Source: Chthoniobacteraceae bacterium
GTDB taxonomy: Bacteria > Verrucomicrobiota > Verrucomicrobiia > Chthoniobacterales > Chthoniobacteraceae
Reading direction: 5' to 3'
Assembly: GCA_040081625.1 (NCBI GenBank)
Contig: JBEBGD010000066.1
Location: 1-29,701, forward strand
DNA: 29,701 nt
Shown: piece after piece, positions 26,511 through 29,701 of the stretch
Numbering within the stretch: the stretch's first letter is position 1
Layout of the letters: each line of letters begins with the position of its first letter
Notes under the pieces: generated by a model
What the model was told of the DNA's origin: nothing
Seen by the model: the letters and a program-made list of their open reading frames with translations, nothing else
Databases searched by the model: none
Position numbers and translations under genes: made by a program

Positions 26511-27650
26511 ATGAATCAACCACCGCCCCTGCCGCCAGAGGAGCAGGATCAATTGCTCCAGACCATCGAGATGTTCGAGGTCATCGTGCAGGCCAATCCG
26601 CTCGACACTCAATCGATCGAGATTCTGCGCGATGCCTATTCGCGGCTCGGGATGTCGCGCGAGACGATCGCGATGTCGCGGCAGCTCGCGAAAACTTTCA
26701 CCGACCTCAAGCAATACACGGCGGCTGTCCAGGAATACGAAATCATCCTCAAGCACGAGCCTGACAACGTCGAGGTCATCGCTGCCATGGGCGAAGTCGA
26801 GGATCTCCTGCGCAAGGCGGGCCCGCAGGTGCCGACGCCCAAGCCGGCGGGCGGCATCAACATGGATTATCGATCCGCAGTGGTCGATGGAGGGGCGCTC
26901 ATGGCCACGACGACGACGCAGTCGCACGAGGGCTTCCGGCGCAATGGTGGGTCGGTCAATTCCGAGCGCGTGGAGGAGATCGTGGCGAGTCTCACCGACG
27001 ATGGTAACGAGGCGCTGGCGAAGTTTCTCGTGCAGCATCGCCTGGCCAGTGAAGACGCCGTGAGCCTCGCGATGGAGCTGGTGCAGCGAAAGAACAAGTC
27101 GAGCAGCGCGGATGCGCTGGCGGGTTCGCTGATCGACGAGATCGTCGAGCGGGGAGGGGGAGATCTCACAGCGATCCTGTGCGGGATTCTCGACCGCACG
27201 AAGTTCGCTTACGTGCCGCTCGAGTATTACGACGTGGATCGGCAGATCGCGCGGATGCTGCCCGAGAGCGTGGGATTGACGCGGCTCATGGTGCCCTTCG
27301 ATGTGATGAGCCGCACGGTGATGATCGCGACGGCGAATCCCTTCGACTCGGTGGGCAAGAACGCCGCGCAGCAGTTGCTCGACTATAACATCCAGTGGCA
27401 TCTCGCTTCGCCAGCGGCCATCATCCGGGTGCTCCAGCAGGCACACCGGCCAAACCAAGGCGGCGGTGGGGTCGCGATTCCGTTTTCAGTCACGCCCGCG
27501 GAACGACCCGCGCCGGCGCCCGCCGCGAATGCCGCCCCGGTGGCGGTCACGATCAAGGTCGCCAATTCCGAGGAACCGATGGTGGCCGCCGCCGAGCAGC
27601 CCGACGGGCCGCTCCCGGACACCTCTGCCTTCCGACTCGCCAATAAATGA
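26511..27650 (+). CDS. TPR plus GspE/PilB N-terminal (MshEN/T2SSE_N)-like domain protein, no ATPase domain
   Basis: TPR-like N-terminus (IEMFEVIVQANPLD...AVQEYEIILKHEPDN), T2SSE_N-like segment YVPLEYYDVD..IARMLP....VPF....IATANPFD and a Pro/Ala tail. Confidence 0.8.
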   Translation: MNQPPPLPPEEQDQLLQTIEMFEVIVQANPLDTQSIEILRDAYSRLGMSRETIAMSRQLAKTFTDLKQYTAAVQEYEIILKHEPDNVEVIAAMGEVEDLLRKAGPQVPTPKPAGGINMDYRSAVVDGGALMATTTTQSHEGFRRNGGSVNSERVEEIVASLTDDGNEALAKFLVQHRLASEDAVSLAMELVQRKNKSSSADALAGSLIDEIVERGGGDLTAILCGILDRTKFAYVPLEYYDVDRQIARMLPESVGLTRLMVPFDVMSRTVMIATANPFDSVGKNAAQQLLDYNIQWHLASPAAIIRVLQQAHRPNQGGGGVAIPFSVTPAERPAPAPAANAAPVAVTIKVANSEEPMVAAAEQPDGPLPDTSAFRLANK

Positions 27651-29362
27651 GCACCAAATCCTTTGGAGAACGCATCGCCGATGTCCTGATCGAGGACGGA
27701 CTCCTGCTTCCGGCGCAGATGGAGGAAGCCGTCGAGATGCAAAAGCAGCAGGGCGGACGGCTGCTCAAGATTCTCACCGACAAGCAATTTGTCACCGAGC
27801 AGGACATGATCATTTCGATGGGGCGCTGCCTGGACACGCCGCCCATCAACCTCTCGAAGCTGCGCGTGCCCGACGAGGTCGCGGGCCTCGTGCCGAAGGA
27901 GATGTGCCGCGCCTACAAGCTCGCGCCGGTCGCGCGGCTCGGGAACAAGCTCTTCGTCGCGATGGCAGACCCGCTCAACGTGCTCGCGCTCGACGATCTG
28001 CGGCAGCGCACGAAGATGGAGATCGTCTCGATGATCGCCACCGAGCGCTCGGTCAACGAGGCGCTCAGCGGCGTGCAGCACGCCTCCTCCGCGATGGAGG
28101 ACGTCATCAAGGAAGCGCAGCAAAAGGAAGACGCGACCGTCGAGGAAGTCCGCGAGCAGCGCCAGGAGATCGACCTCGACAAGCTCGCGGTCGAAAGCGA
28201 GGACGCGCCCGTCGTCAAGATCGTGAACCTCATCCTCGTGCAGGCGCTCAAGGAAAAGGCGAGCGACATTCATGTCGAGCCCTTCGACAAGCAGCTCAAG
28301 CTTCGCTACCGCGTGGACGGCAATCTCATCGAGGCCAGCTCGCCACCCAAGGCCCTCCAGCTTCCCATCGCCAGCCGCATCAAGATCCTCGCCGGCCTCG
28401 ACATCGCCGAGCGCCGGCTTCCGCAGGATGGCCGTTTCCGCATCCGCGTGAGCGGAAAGGAAGTCGATCTGCGCGTCTCGGTGCTGCCCACCGTGTATGG
28501 CGAAAAGATCGTCATCCGTCTGCTCGACAAAGGCACGCTCGCGGCCTCCATCGATGCGCTCGGCATGGATGAGCACACGCTTACGACCTTCAAAAAAGCC
28601 GTCGATGCCCCGCACGGGATGATCCTCGTCACGGGCCCGACCGGCTCCGGAAAGACGACCACGCTTTACTCCGTCCTCGCCGAGCTCAACAGCCCCGAAT
28701 ACAACATCGTCACCGTCGAGGACCCGATCGAATATCAGGTCGCCGGCGTGAATCAGGTCGCGGTCAAATCCGACATCGGCCTCTCCTTCGCCGAGGCGCT
28801 GCGGTCCATCCTGCGTCAGGATCCGGACATCGTGATGATCGGCGAAATTCGCGACAACGAAACCGCCGACATCGCGGTGAAGGCCGCGCTCACCGGCCAT
28901 CAAGTGCTCTCGACGCTGCACACCAACGACGCGGCTGGCGCCATCAGCCGTCTCGACGACATGGGCATCGAGCCCTTCCTCATCTCCAGCTCCTGCATCC
29001 TCACCTGCGCGCAACGTCTCGTGCGGCGGATCTGCCCGAACTGCCGCGAGGACTTCGTGCCCGAGCCCGAGGTGCTCGCAAAAATCGGGGCTACCGAGCA
29101 GGAGGGCGCCACCTTCTATCGAGGCATGGGCTGCGACCGCTGCAAGCGCCGCGGCTACTCGGGCCGCTCCGCGATCATCGAGGTGCTCCCCATCTCCGAG
29201 ACCGTGCGCCGCCTCATCATCAAGCGCGCCAGCGCCTCGGTCATCAAGAACCAGGCGGTCGCCGAAGGCATGAAAACCCTGCGCATGGTCGGCATTGACA
29301 AGGCGCGCGAGGGCGTTACGACGTTGGAAGAAGTCTTGCGCGTCACCGCGGAAGACAGCTAA
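27647..29362 (+). CDS. pilB: type IV pilus assembly ATPase PilB (GspE/PulE family)
   Basis: ASDIHVEP, LDIAERRLPQDGR, GPTGSGKTTT, TVEDPIEY, LRQDPD...GEIRD, TGH...STLHTN and the CPNC...CDRC Zn motif. Confidence 0.93.
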   Translation: MSTKSFGERIADVLIEDGLLLPAQMEEAVEMQKQQGGRLLKILTDKQFVTEQDMIISMGRCLDTPPINLSKLRVPDEVAGLVPKEMCRAYKLAPVARLGNKLFVAMADPLNVLALDDLRQRTKMEIVSMIATERSVNEALSGVQHASSAMEDVIKEAQQKEDATVEEVREQRQEIDLDKLAVESEDAPVVKIVNLILVQALKEKASDIHVEPFDKQLKLRYRVDGNLIEASSPPKALQLPIASRIKILAGLDIAERRLPQDGRFRIRVSGKEVDLRVSVLPTVYGEKIVIRLLDKGTLAASIDALGMDEHTLTTFKKAVDAPHGMILVTGPTGSGKTTTLYSVLAELNSPEYNIVTVEDPIEYQVAGVNQVAVKSDIGLSFAEALRSILRQDPDIVMIGEIRDNETADIAVKAALTGHQVLSTLHTNDAAGAISRLDDMGIEPFLISSSCILTCAQRLVRRICPNCREDFVPEPEVLAKIGATEQEGATFYRGMGCDRCKRRGYSGRSAIIEVLPISETVRRLIIKRASASVIKNQAVAEGMKTLRMVGIDKAREGVTTLEEVLRVTAEDS

Positions 29363-29373
29363 TCAACGCGCCC

Positions 29374-29701
29374 GTGGGCATATTCGACAATCTCTTCAAG
29401 ACCAAGCCGGACGCGGCAGACGAAGCGGTTGTCGAGGCTGCAAGGCGCATAGCCGATCACGAAAAAGCCCGGATGATCGAGGCGGACAAGGCATCGCCGA
29501 CCACGCCCACCGCGCGCTCGGCCATCATCCCGACCAGCAAACCCGGCTCTCTCCCCGCGCCGCGCGCCTACTCGCCGCGCACGCTCGGCCAGGTCGTCAC
29601 GCCGGCTCGCACCACCGTGGCGGGTGGCAATGCAGCCGAGCCGCTGCGCAGATCCCGTGTCCAGGTAAACGACTTCGCCGCACGACCGAGCGAGATCATC
29701 C
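29374..29701 (+). CDS. 3'-truncated hypothetical protein with a Pro/Thr/Ala-rich N-terminus
   Basis: GTG at 29374, 11 nt after the pilB stop; open to the window end (MGIFDNLFKTKPDAADE...); not in the ORF track. Confidence 0.6.
   Translation, partial: MGIFDNLFKTKPDAADEAVVEAARRIADHEKARMIEADKASPTTPTARSAIIPTSKPGSLPAPRAYSPRTLGQVVTPARTTVAGGNAAEPLRRSRVQVNDFAARPSEII

Overview
GC-rich bacterial chromosomal window that looks like core genome. The gene content (PVC-type heme-binding protein, short GluRS, N-terminally extended AroE) suggests Verrucomicrobiota, possibly Chthoniobacterales-like; that is an inference. It holds about 24 densely packed, often translationally coupled genes: a truncated helical-repeat protein; fur-hscB-hscA; HAD phosphatase-recQ; a Zn-ribbon/long coiled-coil protein; folE2-hypothetical-ABC ATPase-purC-xerD; gltX-aroE; a secreted rhodanese; a secreted CxxCH protein; a sigma54-type narK / PP2C-kinase / CysJ-like diflavin reductase module; a GHL10 hydrolase coupled to a PVC heme protein; and a sigma54-type TPR-MshEN / pilB operon. 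I saw no rRNA, tRNA, CRISPR array, IS element or prophage. The most unusual signal lies outside the gene calls. Five short degenerate tandem arrays have a period of exactly 7 bp but different units (GTCCAAA, ATTKCCG, GAACGTC, CAGTRNN, CATTCAC), and there is one 9-bp array. They sit in Hsp70 loops, a domain linker, over stop codons and in intergenic gaps, which suggests an unexplained repeat-generating process.
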